Source of the DNA: Octopus sinensis
Lineage: Eukaryota
Assembly: GCF_006345805.1 (NCBI RefSeq)
Contig: NC_043003.1
Coordinates: 61,008,001-61,072,000 of the forward strand
Direction: 5' to 3'
Length of the DNA stretch: 64,000 nt
Part shown: in pieces, positions 63,831-64,000 of the stretch
How the letters are laid out: every line of letters begins with the position of its first letter
Numbering within the stretch: the stretch's first letter is position 1
The notes under the pieces: generated by a model
Databases searched by the model: none
Told to the model about the DNA's origin: nothing
Seen by the model: the letters and a program-made list of their open reading frames with translations, nothing else
Program-made: the position numbers and the translations under genes

Positions 63831-64000
63831 CGACTTAGCAAATATTCAGTTTGATTGATATTGGTTATGTTTAGCCTTAGATCAACCCTGATTCAACAAA
63901 GCCATGATTAAAAGTGCTCCAGCCAAGATCATCCCATCCTTGTCTTTGGGCAGTTTCCTGATGACTGCGATAACAAATATTTGCTTCCTTTTTAAAGCAG

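Overview
AT-rich animal genomic DNA, almost all repeats and microsatellites, with one 100-N scaffold gap (36008-36107). The repeat families look like those of an octopus/coleoid cephalopod genome (my recognition, not a database result). No CRISPR array, rRNA or functional tRNA is supported. Host coding sequence is sparse: one well-supported 822-nt minus-strand exon (46746-47567) with a one-base frameshift in an A-run, a probable downstream exon (36724-36809), and a few tentative plus-strand exons. Mobile elements: a nearly intact Penelope-like element (PLE; RT + GIY-YIG), fragments of R4/Dong, RTE, CR1 and Tx1/L1 LINEs, mariner/maT remnants and fold-backs, Helitrons, a hAT MITE and dozens of tRNA-derived SINEs (working names A-D are mine). 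Main result: nine minimal type-I hammerhead ribozyme (HHR) motifs from six unrelated sequence contexts. Their cores differ systematically: canonical C3-G8, swapped G3-C8, U3-A8 and U4C. Six of the nine sit as head-to-head pairs in short palindromic elements, one of which encloses a tRNA-like Pol III promoter. Second result: the dominant SINE shares its 3' tail with a Tx1-like LINE in the same window. All RNA structures were folded by eye and none has been tested for activity.
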